From contig CAWHAE010000018.1 of NCBI GenBank assembly GCA_963827235.1, positions 352,001 through 416,000 on the forward strand: a DNA stretch of 64,000 bases. The letters are read 5' to 3'. The position numbers and the translations under genes are program-made. Below are positions 19,290 through 29,339 of the stretch, one piece after another. Every line of letters starts with the position of its first letter. The first letter of the stretch is position 1. Source of the stretch: an uncultured bacterium (GTDB lineage: Bacteria; Chloroflexota; UBA5177; JANWHV01). The notes beneath the pieces are model-generated. The model worked only from the letters and a program-made list of their open reading frames with translations, did not search any database and was not told where the DNA came from.

Positions 19290-20877
19290 CTACACCGCGC
19301 GCGCGTCTACCCATTCTGGTGACGCCGCTTGCGGCTCGGCGACGTTCGCGCGGCCGACCGGGAGGGCCGCCAGCAGCATGACGGCGAGCACGACTGCCAC
19401 CACGCGGGCTGTGTCGTCGAACGCCGTGACAAAGGTGCCGTGCGTGGCCCGTTGTATGTAGCCGGCGATCTGGGTCGGCAGCCCGGGAAGGAGACGTCCT
19501 GCAGCATCGACGTTGGCGCCGGCAGAAGGCAATAGGCGCGCAGAGATGCCGGCCGGCACACCGGCGTGGGCCAGCGCACCGGGCAGCGCATCGCCGTAGC
19601 GATTGCTGAGCACCGAGCCGAAGAGGGCCACGCCGAGACTGCTGCCGACCTGGCGCAGTGCGCCGCTCGCTCCCGATGCCATGGTGGATAGCCGAGCGGG
19701 CACGGACTCCACGGCGCCCAGCACGGATTCCACCTGGGTGACGGCGCACCCCATACCGGTCAGGAGCAAGCCCGCGATCAGTACCGTCCAGTCGTCCGCC
19801 GGTGTAAGCCGGGTCAACAGGAGTACGCCGCAGGCAAAGAGGCCGAATCCCGCACTGTAGAGCACACGAGGGCCGAGTCGAGAGGCAAGCCGGCCCGCCA
19901 GTGGGCCGACCAGTACGAAGCCCACCATCAACGGCATGTAGCGGAGGCCGGTATCCAGGGCACCGTAGCCCAACGGGCCTTCCAGCAGCAGGGAGAGCAT
20001 GAAGAGAAAGCCGCCGAACGCGGCGTTGGTGACCAGAGTGGCCAGCATGGCGACGTCGAACGCCGGTATGCGGAAGGGCGAGAGGTCCATCAGCGGCTCG
20101 CGCCCTTGTCGCATGGTGCGCAGCTCGACCAGAACAAAGAGGGCCAGGCTCGCCGCCGCACCCGCGAAGCTGGCCAGGGTACGGCCGCTGGTCCAATGCC
20201 ACTCCTGCCCCTTGATCAGCCCGAGAACGAGCAGGAAGAGCGCGGCGACGCTGCACGCGGCCCCGGCGACGTCCAGATGCGGATGATTCTGTCTCCTGGC
20301 GGGATTCATGGGCGAACACTACGACGCCCGCGAATCCGACCAGGCCCATCACCACGTTGAGCCAGAACAGCGACTGCCAGTGGAAATGCTGTGTCAGCCA
20401 GCCGCCTATCACGGGACCCAGGACCATGCCGACAGTGGACAGGCCGGTGAGCCCGATTGCCAGCTCCAGCTCAGTACCCACGAAGGTCACGGTAATGATG
20501 GCGAGTGCCACCGGTATGATGATCGCGCTCCCCAGCCCCATCACGGCGCGTCCGGCTATCATCGCCGGAACGCCGCCGGCGAACGCACAGACCAGCGAGC
20601 CCAGCACGAAGCCGGCCACGCCGACCAGGAATATCCGTTCTCGTCCGTAAAGGTCGCCCACCTTGACGGCCAGGATGGTCAGGCTGGCAGCCACAAGCGT
20701 GTAGGAGGCCGAAATCCACTGCAAGTCGGAGAACGACGCGGACAGACTGGTGGCGATCTGGGGCAGCGCCACGTTGATGGCCGTGATACCCATGATGGCC
20801 GCGAGCTGCACGAGCAGCAGGGCGCCGAGCGTATACCAGCGGCGCGATTCGGCAGCCGCGATCGAAGAGGTTGTCAC
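19290..20877 (-). CDS. DHA2 (EmrB/QacA-like) MFS efflux transporter, frameshifted near 20290
   Basis: N-half in ORF 19255..20877 (INVALPQI, GDLYGRERIF, GPVIGGWL); C-half in ORF 19290..20309 (LDVAGA, EPLMDL, RQVGSSLGVALFG). Confidence 0.85.
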
Positions 20878-20964
20878 AAAGGGAACTCCAATCAGCGATT
20901 CTCGGGTGTCGCGGCGAGTCCGGCCGCGCGAGCAGGCTCGCCGGCGAGACCGCCGGGTTGAGAT

Positions 20965-21591
20965 TCAGCGAGTGGCCGGTGGCGGAAGCAGACCGGTGAA
21001 CAGCACGTCGAGCAGCTCCAGGGGGCTCGGGCGCAGGCTGCTCGGCAGCATGGCGCTGAACCGCGTGTGCGACGCCATGAGAACGAACACGGCAGCTGCC
21101 GCTGCCACCGGGGAAACGCCCGGCACGAAGTCGCCGGAGCGCTGCGCTTCTTCGACGAGCTCCGCCACGCAACGTACCGTCTGCTCCAGGTGTTCGCCGA
21201 GCTCGGCGTGGCGCGCCAGAACCTGCGACAGCTCCGACGTCTCGCTTCCCTGCATGATCCGTGTCCAGGCGGAATGCCCTCCGGAGACGGCGTTGCCGAC
21301 GAAGATCAAGCGGTCGCGCGCCGACAGATCGTCTCGGAGGCGAATCTCCTGCAGTCGCTCGTTGAACTTCGTCATGCCGCGCACCATGACCGCGACGAGC
21401 AGGTCCTCTTTGGTGGGAAAGTAGAGGTAGAGGGTACCCTTCGCCACTCCCACGCGGTCGGCAAGGCGCTCCATCACGAAGTCGGCATATCCCGCCTCGT
21501 CGATCAGCCGCCCAGCCTCTGCCACGATCAGTTCTTCGCGCTCGCGCCGTTGGCGCTCCCGCAGTCTCGTAGCCTCTGCCGGCATATGCAC
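20965..21591 (-). CDS. TetR/AcrR family regulator
   Basis: HTH MERLADRVGVAKGTLYLYFPTKEDLL; upstream of the MFS gene. Confidence 0.92.
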   Translation of the reverse strand: MHMPAEATRLRERQRREREELIVAEAGRLIDEAGYADFVMERLADRVGVAKGTLYLYFPTKEDLLVAVMVRGMTKFNERLQEIRLRDDLSARDRLIFVGNAVSGGHSAWTRIMQGSETSELSQVLARHAELGEHLEQTVRCVAELVEEAQRSGDFVPGVSPVAAAAAVFVLMASHTRFSAMLPSSLRPSPLELLDVLFTGLLPPPATR

Positions 21592-21623
21592 GTCTCTCCC
21601 GGATCCGCCCGACCAGACGACTG

Positions 21624-21687
21624 TGACCGATCAGACATTTTTATGACTCTATAGTCAGAGTATAGTGGCCCGGCCATGCGTATTCAA
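21624..21687 (-). promoter_or_regulatory. sigma70 promoter with TGAC-N6-GTCA operator(s) for tetR-MFS
   Basis: Minus-strand TTGAAT-N17-TATACT (21687-21659); inverted repeat TGACTCTATAGTCA at 21644-21657 and a degenerate copy TGACCGATCAGACA at 21624-21637. Confidence 0.7.
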
Positions 21688-21832
21688 GTAGGAAACATGG
21701 TCCCTCCCCGTCGGCGGCTCTCCACGCGGTTGGCAGGAGCGTGGTCTCCGCGACTTGGAGAAATGGCTGAGCCTGCCCGGCACCCGTGTGCAGGTGCCGG
21801 GCAGGCTCAGCGCAATTGGCCGCTAGCCGCGC

Positions 21833-22741
21833 TCAGTTCGTGGTGCGCAGCCGGTACAGCTTCGAGGCAATCGGCACGCAGACCACCAGGATGGCGACGG
21901 ACCAGGCCAGTGCGATCCAGATCGGATGCTGCATGGACCAGGCGCCACTGGCTGCCGACGGGTTGGGATTGCCCCAAAGGTTGCGGCAGGCGGCCGTCAC
22001 GGAGCTGACCGGGTTCCAGTCGGCCAGCGTGCGCAGCCAGGCCGGCATGCCGTGCGTGGGAACGAGCGCGTTGGATACGAACGACAGCGGGAAGAGCACT
22101 AGAAAGCCGAAGCTCTGCGCGGTCTCCACGCCTTTGGCCCAGAGTCCCACGCAGGCGCCCAGCCATGACAGCGCGTAGGCGAACAGCAGCGCCACCCCGA
22201 ACCCGGCGACGAGGCCGCCGATCCCGTTGTCCGGCCGCCAGCCGACCACCAGGCCGCTTGCGGCCACGATCAGCGTGCAAATGCCGGCTGTCAGCACGTC
22301 CGTGATCGAGCGCCCGACCAGCACCGCCCCCGGCCACATGGGCAGGGTGCGCAGCCGGTCGATGATGCCCGTGCCGAGATCGGCGGTCAGGCCGACCGCC
22401 GTGCCCATGCTGGAGGTCGTGAGATTCAGCAGCAGCAAGCCGGCGATCGCGAAGCTGGCGTAGCTGCCGCCGGAGATCGGGATGCCGGAGCCGAACACGT
22501 AGACGAATAGCAGCGTGAAGAGCACCGGCTGAATCGTCACGTCGGAGAGCTGCATCGGCTCGCGAGCGATGTGGATCAGGTTCCGCTTGGTCACGACGTA
22601 GACATCGTGCAACGCCCCGGCGATACGGGACGCCAGGGCCGGAACGGCATCGCTGCCCGGGCGGATGTCGCCGGTCATGGATCCACCCTCCACGGTGTCG
22701 ACCTCCGGCCCGTAGTCCTGTGCGACCCGGTCGATCATCAT
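21833..22741 (-). CDS. DrrB-like ABC-2 exporter permease
   Basis: Motifs IQPVLFTLLFVYVFG, DRLRTLPM and MPAWLRTLADWNPVS; start is 22741 or 22678. Confidence 0.9.
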   Translation of the reverse strand: MMIDRVAQDYGPEVDTVEGGSMTGDIRPGSDAVPALASRIAGALHDVYVVTKRNLIHIAREPMQLSDVTIQPVLFTLLFVYVFGSGIPISGGSYASFAIAGLLLLNLTTSSMGTAVGLTADLGTGIIDRLRTLPMWPGAVLVGRSITDVLTAGICTLIVAASGLVVGWRPDNGIGGLVAGFGVALLFAYALSWLGACVGLWAKGVETAQSFGFLVLFPLSFVSNALVPTHGMPAWLRTLADWNPVSSVTAACRNLWGNPNPSAASGAWSMQHPIWIALAWSVAILVVCVPIASKLYRLRTTN

Positions 22742-23733
22742 TTCACCTCCTTCAGCGCGGGCATGTTGGCGCCCAGGCCGTCGGGCGACCCGGTCGCGGC
22801 CTGCCCGGTTGTGCCGGTAAGCCGCAAGAAGACATCGTCGAGCGTGGGCTGGTGGACCGCCACGTCCTCCACGTCGATCCCCGCGTCGTCCAGCGCCCTC
22901 ACGACGCGCATCACCAGCCCGGCCGTACGGCTCACCGCCGCGCCCAGGTGCCGGCCATCATCCTTTGCCTCGATTGGCCCATCGACGAGCGCGCGCAGTG
23001 CGTCGGCAGCAGCGGCGCTGGGCGCCGGCAGCGTCACTTCCAGCCGCCCGCCGCCGGTGACTCGCTTCAGCTCGGCCGGCGTGCCCTCGGCGATCAGCCG
23101 GCCGTGGTCGATCACCGCAATGCGGTCCGCGAGCTGATCCGCCTCGTCCAGGTACTGCGTGGTGAGCAGGACGGTCACCCCGTCGGCCACCAGGCCGCGG
23201 ATTACCGACCATAGCCGGTAGCGGCTCGTGGGGTCGAGGCCGGTCGTCGGCTCGTCCAGGAAGAGGACCGGCGGATGGGTCATCAGGCTGGCCGCCAGGT
23301 CGAGGCGCCGCCGCATGCCGCCCGAATAGGTCTGCAGCGGCCGGCCGGCGGCCCCGGTCAGCTCGAAGGTACCTAGGAGCTCGTCGGCGCGACCTCGCGC
23401 GTCTCGGGGCCGCATGCGGCCCAGCTCGCCCACCATGCGCAGGTTCTGGCGGCCGGTGAGCTTCTCGTCCAGCGTGGCGGATTGCGCCGTGACGCCGATG
23501 CAGCGGCGCACGGCCGCCGGGTCGCGGACCACGTCGTGGCCGGCCACGCGCGCGCTCCCGGCGTCCGGCCGCGATAGGGTGGTCAGAATGCGCAGAGCCG
23601 TGGTCTTGCCGGCGCCGTTGGGTCCTAGCACGCCCAGGACCGAGCCGGTGCGCGCCGCCAGGTCGACGCCGTCCAGGGCCTGGGTGCTGCCAAATCGCTT
23701 CGAGAGGCCCGCGGCCTCCAGCATGTACTCCAT
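22738..23733 (-). CDS. DrrA-like ABC exporter ATP-binding protein
   Basis: Motifs GPNGAGKTT, YSGGMRRRLDLA, LDEPTTGLDP and LTTQYLDEAD. Confidence 0.93.
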   Translation of the reverse strand: MEYMLEAAGLSKRFGSTQALDGVDLAARTGSVLGVLGPNGAGKTTALRILTTLSRPDAGSARVAGHDVVRDPAAVRRCIGVTAQSATLDEKLTGRQNLRMVGELGRMRPRDARGRADELLGTFELTGAAGRPLQTYSGGMRRRLDLAASLMTHPPVLFLDEPTTGLDPTSRYRLWSVIRGLVADGVTVLLTTQYLDEADQLADRIAVIDHGRLIAEGTPAELKRVTGGGRLEVTLPAPSAAAADALRALVDGPIEAKDDGRHLGAAVSRTAGLVMRVVRALDDAGIDVEDVAVHQPTLDDVFLRLTGTTGQAATGSPDGLGANMPALKEVK

Positions 23734-23776
23734 GGTTGCTGCTCCGAATCTCAGCCGATACCTGACTCGTCGTACA

Positions 23777-23843
23777 ATTACCGACCGTCCGGTAAGTGGC
23801 TGACCTCATCATAGTTGCCTGCTTACCGGCTGTCAAGTAGAAT
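23777..23843. promoter_or_regulatory. Overlapping divergent sigma70 promoters with two CTTACCGG operator-like sites
   Basis: Minus strand TTGACA-N17-TATGAT (23836-23808); plus strand TTGCCT-N17-TAGAAT (23815-23843); inverted repeat TTACCG-N6-CGGTAA at 23778-23795 and a related half site at 23822. Confidence 0.72.
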
Positions 23844-23850
23844 GAAGGTA

Positions 23851-24519
23851 ATGGTAAGGAAATATACACGCGCTGCCTCGACCGCGCAGCCGGTAGAGCC
23901 GGGCACAGCTCCCGCCGCGGAGCCGGCGCCTTCGTCTACCCGCGAGCGCATCCTCGACGTCGCCCTCGACCTCTTCGTACGCAAGGGATACGCGGAGACC
24001 TCGCTGCGGGAGATTGCCGCCGAGCTGGGCGTGTCCAAGGCGGCGCTCTACTACCACTTCGAGAGCAAGCAGGCTATCCTGCTGGCCCTCCATCTGCGCC
24101 TGCACAACCTCGGCAACGAGGTGTATCCGCTGCTTCAGGACCGGATGCAAGAAGGCGAGAGATGGGACATGCTTATCGACCTGCTGATTGGGCTGGCTCT
24201 GAAGAACCGCAGGCTCCTCGAGCTGAGCCTGCGCAACCAGAAGGCCCTGGCCGACCTGCACGAGGTCGAACGGCTCAAGGACCACGGCACGATGCACCCT
24301 CCGGATATTGAGTCGCGCTTCCTCGAGCTGCTGAACGACCCGACGGCATCGCTCGAGCAGCGAGTGCGCAGAATGGCATCGCTGGGCACGATCGCGGGCG
24401 TGCTGCTCGCCGCGGGATCCTTCAGCAACGAGACGGATGCCGAGCTGGAATCCGCTCTGCGCACCGTGACCGCCGATCTGCTCGGCACGCCCTCGCGCGA
24501 GGGCGCGAGCCGCGCCTGA
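23851..24519 (+). CDS. TetR/AcrR family regulator
   Basis: TRERILDVALDLF..KGYAETSLREIAAELGVSKAALYYHFESK; ATG 23851 lies 8 nt after the -10 box, so the mRNA may be leaderless. Confidence 0.92.
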   Translation: MVRKYTRAASTAQPVEPGTAPAAEPAPSSTRERILDVALDLFVRKGYAETSLREIAAELGVSKAALYYHFESKQAILLALHLRLHNLGNEVYPLLQDRMQEGERWDMLIDLLIGLALKNRRLLELSLRNQKALADLHEVERLKDHGTMHPPDIESRFLELLNDPTASLEQRVRRMASLGTIAGVLLAAGSFSNETDAELESALRTVTADLLGTPSREGASRA

Positions 24520-24849
24520 CGCCGCCGGGGACCGCTGCCGAAGGCTCCGAAGATCCGGGCGCGCCTGATGCCTGTGACCGAGCTCTTCGGTCCGCCGCTC
24601 CTGGGACCGCCGGCATCTTACCCGCCCCCGTGGGTGCCAGGCATGGCTTCCATCGCCGTCGGTCAACACACCGCTGCGTCACAATACCCAATCGCGACCG
24701 GAAGCTCCCGGACTGTTGATCGTTACGGCGGGACGTGCTAGCGTTCAAGGCACGAATCTACCGCAGCTCACTCGCTGTACCGGCGGGCAGGTCTCGCAGG
24801 CTTGCCCGCCGCCCTTTCCGCCTCGTGAGCGTGCTGGGGCCCGCTGCCT

Positions 24850-25205
24850 TCGGCATGCCGACTCCTAGGGGTCTGGGGATGCTGGCCGTCCGGTGCCCGG
24901 CGCTGCAGGATGCGCCGGATGGATACTGCCATGTTGAGCCACGATCCACCCAGCGGGGTATACAGGGGCGCAATGCCCTGCGCGAACAGCCACAACACGA
25001 AGCTCGCGGTATGGAGCCCGGTCAGACTGTCCAGCACGAGGAGCAGCCGCACGACCGGCAATGCGGCGGGCAACGTGATTCTGCGGGTCAATCCTTCCTG
25101 CCAGCGGTCCCAGCAGCGGCGGTTGTCGTCCGGAGCAAGCTCGGTCGGCGTGGGCTGTGTGTCCAGGATGGCGGCCAGTTCGGCCTTGAGCCAGGGGTGC
25201 AGCCC
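24850..25205 (-). mobile_element. Degenerate IS630-family transposase fragment
   Basis: LHPWLKAEL...LLLVLDSL..H....[27 protein letters not shown] resembles the DDE_3 core (P..SWLN..E), with the expected Glu replaced by Val; the N-terminus is missing. Confidence 0.75.
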
Positions 25206-25210
25206 GTCGG

Positions 25211-26074
25211 TCAACCCTCCCGCAGTCCCGCCCGTTCGTAGGCGCCGAGCAAGCTCTTCGACGCTGCCCGTGCTCGCTCCACGGGAAGCAGAGCCGCGAG
25301 TTTGGCGTCAAACGGCTCCGCCGCCACCGGTCCCTCGTAGTGCATTCGCTGCAGCGCCTGGAGGAATGCCGCGATATCGATCAGTCCGCTGGCGCCCGGC
25401 AACATGCGCTCCTGATCCAGTTGCTCGTCGACACCCCGCCCTGGAACCGCGTCGTTCACATGGACAGAGACGACGTCGGACGCTCGTAGCTGCGCCAGCT
25501 CGTCCACCGTGCCGTGAGACGTGTACCAGTGATAGCAATCGAGCAGTAACCCTGCGTTCTCCTTGCCGATGCGCCGGGCAAGCTGGAGACCGCCCACCAG
25601 GGTATTGATGAACTCATAGGCATGGCCGGCGCGCAATGTCTTGGGGCCGACAAACTCCACGCCAAATCGACAGCCATGATCGGCCAGAATCTGGCAGACC
25701 GGCTGCAGGCGGCTGACGTGGAACTCCATGTTGGCCTCGAAGTCCAGCGTGTCCGAGAAGGGCAGGATCCAGGTTGCGCACCAGGGGCTACCAATGGCCT
25801 CAGCGAGCTCGGCAAGCCGCGGCAGCCGTGCCAGGCTCTTCTCGAATGCCTCCTGGTCTCCCCGAAATGCCACCGGCAGACCCCATGCGCCGGGTCGCAC
25901 ACCGGCGGCGGCAAAGCGATCCTTCACGTCCTGTATCGACGTCTGGTCCGCCAGTTGCAGCAGCTCATCCATGGAGACATCTAGCCCGTCAAAGCCCGCA
26001 GCACGCGCCAATGCCAACCCTTCGTCCACGGAAGCCTGGATCTGCAGCGCGCCCGTATTCAGACTGGAGAACAT
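25211..26074 (-). CDS. Sugar phosphate isomerase/epimerase (xylose-isomerase-like TIM barrel)
   Basis: Motifs [30 protein letters not shown] and [12 protein letters not shown]. Confidence 0.88.
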   Translation of the reverse strand: MFSSLNTGALQIQASVDEGLALARAAGFDGLDVSMDELLQLADQTSIQDVKDRFAAAGVRPGAWGLPVAFRGDQEAFEKSLARLPRLAELAEAIGSPWCATWILPFSDTLDFEANMEFHVSRLQPVCQILADHGCRFGVEFVGPKTLRAGHAYEFINTLVGGLQLARRIGKENAGLLLDCYHWYTSHGTVDELAQLRASDVVSVHVNDAVPGRGVDEQLDQERMLPGASGLIDIAAFLQALQRMHYEGPVAAEPFDAKLAALLPVERARAASKSLLGAYERAGLREG

Positions 26075-26264
26075 TCTCGATCACCCTTCAATCGGCCTTA
26101 GTGCGATGAAGGCGGTGGTACTCTGGCTGCCGGGTCGCTTGCCGGCAGCACGCGAACCCCTCCGTCGCACATCCCATTCTCGCCTGATAGCTGGTGGGTC
26201 GCCTGCGCTGGAAGTCGCCTTTCTGGCGGCAGAGACAATGGCCATAAGCGTGACAAGTGATCCA

Positions 26265-27395
26265 CTACTGCGGGAATCGCGCGGCACCCAGGAAGGCAAC
26301 GTCGTTCCGGGTCTCGCCTTCCAGCGCCAGGTCGGCCAGCGTCTCGCCAATCACGGAGGCGAACTTGAAGCCGTGGCCGGAGAATCCACAGGCCACGACG
26401 ACCTGGCGGCGCGCCGGATGCCGGTCGACGACGAAGTGCTCGTCCGGCGTCAGCGTGTACATGCAGGTGATCGCGCGGTCCAGCGGGCCCGTGGCCCCAG
26501 CCATGTACGTATCCGCGACCGCCTGCAGATCCTCGATCTCCTGCCGGCTCACCTCCCGCTCGATGCTGTGCGGCGTGCAGTTCACGCCCCCGTCGTGGCG
26601 CCCGAACTTCAGCGAGTCGCTCTTGCCCCCGGGCACGGCGTAGTACCGGCCTTCGGGCACGTCCCAAAGGCAGACCGGAAACTGCCGGCGGTCGAACAGC
26701 TCGGGCCTGGTCGACAGGAAATGCAGGCACAGCACACGCCTGACGGTCAGCGGAAGGCGTAAATCGGCAAGCAGCTCCGGGGACCAGGGACCGGCGGCCA
26801 CAACCAATCTGCTCGCCTGGTACCGCGCTCCCACCGTGCTGACGGTGACGCCGTCACCCTCGCAGCGGTAGGCCACGACAGGCTCGCGGTGGTGAATCTG
26901 CGCGCCGTGCCGCGCGGCAAGGTCGAGGTAGGCAGTGATGCAGTGCTCCGGCTGCAGAATGCCGGCGTTGGCTTCCCACACGCCCACCATGCCGTCCGGC
27001 ATCCGCAGGCCCGGAAAGCGCGCGCCGAGCGATTCGGCGGACAACACTTCGTAGGGCAGACCGTGTGTCTCGGCGCTGCGAATCGCCCCGGTGACGAACG
27101 TGCTGTCCGGACTACCCACGTTCAGCCCGCCGGTGATCGTGAGCAGTGGCCGGCCGCTCTGGCGCTCCAGCTCCCGCCACAGCGCGTAGGCCCGGCGCAC
27201 CAGGGGAACGTAGCGCGGATCCTGGTAGTACGCCTCGCGGATGATCCGGCTCGTGCCATGCGACGAGCCCAGCGCGTGACCCTGGTGGTGGGCGTCGAGT
27301 CCAAGCACGCGATAGCCTCGCCGGGCGATATGCGCGACCGCGGCGCTGCCCATAGCGCCGAGTCCGGCCACGATGACGTCGTATCTGCCAGTCAT
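26265..27395 (-). CDS. solA: Monomeric sarcosine oxidase / N-methyltryptophan oxidase
   Basis: Motifs GLGAMGS, GSSHGTSRIIR, CMYTLTPDEHF (FAD-linking Cys) and GFSGHGFKF. Confidence 0.88.
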   Translation of the reverse strand: MTGRYDVIVAGLGAMGSAAVAHIARRGYRVLGLDAHHQGHALGSSHGTSRIIREAYYQDPRYVPLVRRAYALWRELERQSGRPLLTITGGLNVGSPDSTFVTGAIRSAETHGLPYEVLSAESLGARFPGLRMPDGMVGVWEANAGILQPEHCITAYLDLAARHGAQIHHREPVVAYRCEGDGVTVSTVGARYQASRLVVAAGPWSPELLADLRLPLTVRRVLCLHFLSTRPELFDRRQFPVCLWDVPEGRYYAVPGGKSDSLKFGRHDGGVNCTPHSIEREVSRQEIEDLQAVADTYMAGATGPLDRAITCMYTLTPDEHFVVDRHPARRQVVVACGFSGHGFKFASVIGETLADLALEGETRNDVAFLGAARFPQ

Positions 27396-27486
27396 GGTTA
27401 CCGCCTGCTGAGTTGACAACGCCCTGGCGAAATGGTCCGCCAGCTAGTATGGTAAGGCCCTTGGGACAAAAGTGTCGGGAGCACAT

Positions 27487-28773
27487 ATGTCGCACCAACG
27501 ATCCATCCGTGGTCGCCTGGCCCTGGCCTCGCTCGGGGCAGTCATCATAGCGTCCTGCCTCGTGCACGACGTGCGAGCAGACCAGATCACCTACGTCACT
27601 CACCAGAACGACACGCTTACAGCCGTGGCTCAGCGCTATGGCACGACCGTTCAGACGCTGGCGAGCGCCAATCACATCGCCAACCCCAACTTTATCCGGC
27701 CCGGCATGCGGCTGCTGATCGCCGTGCCCGGTCCATCGCTGGCGCCATCGCCGCTGAACGGCGTGACCTACGTCGTGCACTGGGGCGACACGCTCTCCTC
27801 GATCGGCCAGCGCTACGGCGTGACGATAGGCACGCTCTCGCAGGTCAACGCCCTCGGCGCCCCGTTCGTCATCCGCACCGGCCAGTCGATCGTCATTCCC
27901 AACCCGAGTGTGCTCCCGGCCGCGGCAACCGCCACCGCGTCGCCTGCGCCGACCAGCACCTTGCCGGCCCAGGCCGCCGCCACCCCGACCGTGGCCGCGC
28001 CCGATTCCGCCTCGCCGGGAGGCGTGGTCTATACGGTGGTGCCCGGCGACACGCTCTCGGCACTGGCAGACCGCTTCGGCGTGTCGATCGCGGCCATCAC
28101 GGCAACCAACAAGATCGACCCCGCCTCCTATCTCAGCATCGGACAAGTACTGACCATTCCTGCCGTGAAGCTCCTGCCTGTCGCCACGACGACCCCGCTG
28201 GCGACGTCGTCGCAGCCGACCTCCGTCTACGCCGTGCGCGCGGGCGACACGCTCTCCGCGATCGGCTATCAGTTCGGCACGTCGGCAGACGCGCTTGCCG
28301 CCAGGAACGGCATCACCACCGCGACAGTGCTGCAGATCGGCCAGACATTGGTCGTGCCCGGCGGACAGGAGCCGTTCGTGACCAAGCCGGAGGTGGAAAG
28401 CATTCTGGCGAGCGAAGCCTTGCGTGCGGACGTCGACCCAGCGCTGGTCAAGGCTATCGCCTGGCAGGAGAGCGGCTGGCAGATGGTCACGGCCTCGGAC
28501 GGCGGCATGGGCGTCATGCAGCTGATGCCGGATTCCGTTACCTGGGCCAGCAACGCCCTCCTGGGCTACAGCGTCGATCCCTACAACCTGGTCGACAACA
28601 TTCGCGCGGGCGTGGCCATCCTGCACTACTACCTGGGGGTATATCCCGACGTGCAGCACGCCATCGCAGCCTACCACCAGGGCATGGCGAGCGTCGACAA
28701 CATCGGCTTTTTGCCCGAAACGCAGAGCTACGTCGCCAACGTCCTGGCCCTGCAGCAGCAGTTCGGCGGCTGA
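27487..28773 (+). CDS. Secreted 4xLysM + lytic transglycosylase (SLT) protein
   Basis: Signal peptide, four LysM repeats (GDTLS..), and SLT motifs IAWQESG, GVMQLMP and AAYHQG. Confidence 0.92.
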   Translation: MSHQRSIRGRLALASLGAVIIASCLVHDVRADQITYVTHQNDTLTAVAQRYGTTVQTLASANHIANPNFIRPGMRLLIAVPGPSLAPSPLNGVTYVVHWGDTLSSIGQRYGVTIGTLSQVNALGAPFVIRTGQSIVIPNPSVLPAAATATASPAPTSTLPAQAAATPTVAAPDSASPGGVVYTVVPGDTLSALADRFGVSIAAITATNKIDPASYLSIGQVLTIPAVKLLPVATTTPLATSSQPTSVYAVRAGDTLSAIGYQFGTSADALAARNGITTATVLQIGQTLVVPGGQEPFVTKPEVESILASEALRADVDPALVKAIAWQESGWQMVTASDGGMGVMQLMPDSVTWASNALLGYSVDPYNLVDNIRAGVAILHYYLGVYPDVQHAIAAYHQGMASVDNIGFLPETQSYVANVLALQQQFGG

Positions 28774-28793
28774 GACCGGCTTGCTAGACTCGC

Positions 28794-28817
28794 GCCACGC
28801 GGGAAATCCCGCGTGGC
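28794..28817. terminator. Hairpin between convergent genes
   Basis: GCCACGCGGGA-AA-TCCCGCGTGGC, 11-bp stem. Confidence 0.6.
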
Positions 28818-28841
28818 TAGCGGCGAGAGCGCGGCGAGAGG

Positions 28842-29222
28842 CTACTCCCGCACCGCTATCGCCTCGATCTCCACCACGTAGGGCAGCAGCAAAGCCGCTT
28901 CTACCGTGCTGCGCGCGGGCGGATCGGATGGAAAGAACTCGCGGTATACCTCGTTGAAGGCCGCGAAGTCGCCGATGTCCCTCAGGAAGCACGTCGTCTT
29001 CACCACGTGCTGTAGGTCCGTGCCGGCTGCTTCCAGCACATTGCGCAGATTGACCAGCACCTGCCTGGTCTGCTCGCGAATTCCCCCTTCCACCGCCTTG
29101 CCCACGGCAGGATCCACGCCCACCTGGCCGGCGGTGAAGACGAGATGGTCCCAGCGCACCGCCGGCGAATAGGGACCGGCCGGCTTGGGCGCCTTCCCGC
29201 CGACGATGACTTCAATGGCCAT
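28842..29222 (-). CDS. ridA: RidA family enamine/imine deaminase
   Basis: Motifs APKPAGPYSPA, FTAGQV, VVKTTCFL, FNEVY..FF...PPARS and VEIEAIA. Confidence 0.9.
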   Translation of the reverse strand: MAIEVIVGGKAPKPAGPYSPAVRWDHLVFTAGQVGVDPAVGKAVEGGIREQTRQVLVNLRNVLEAAGTDLQHVVKTTCFLRDIGDFAAFNEVYREFFPSDPPARSTVEAALLLPYVVEIEAIAVRE

Positions 29223-29339
29223 GATCTCACTCCTCTACCGCGTCACGCCTCCCAAATCGGAGGCTCCGCGAGATATCCTACCATGCAGCCTCGCTGCAGC
29301 CCTACTCGCCGCGACCGGCGCAGGAAGTGAAGACAAAGA

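Noticed and set aside
27590-28360. Repeated GGCGACACGCTCTC motif
   Set aside because: It encodes the GDTLS motif of the LysM domains.
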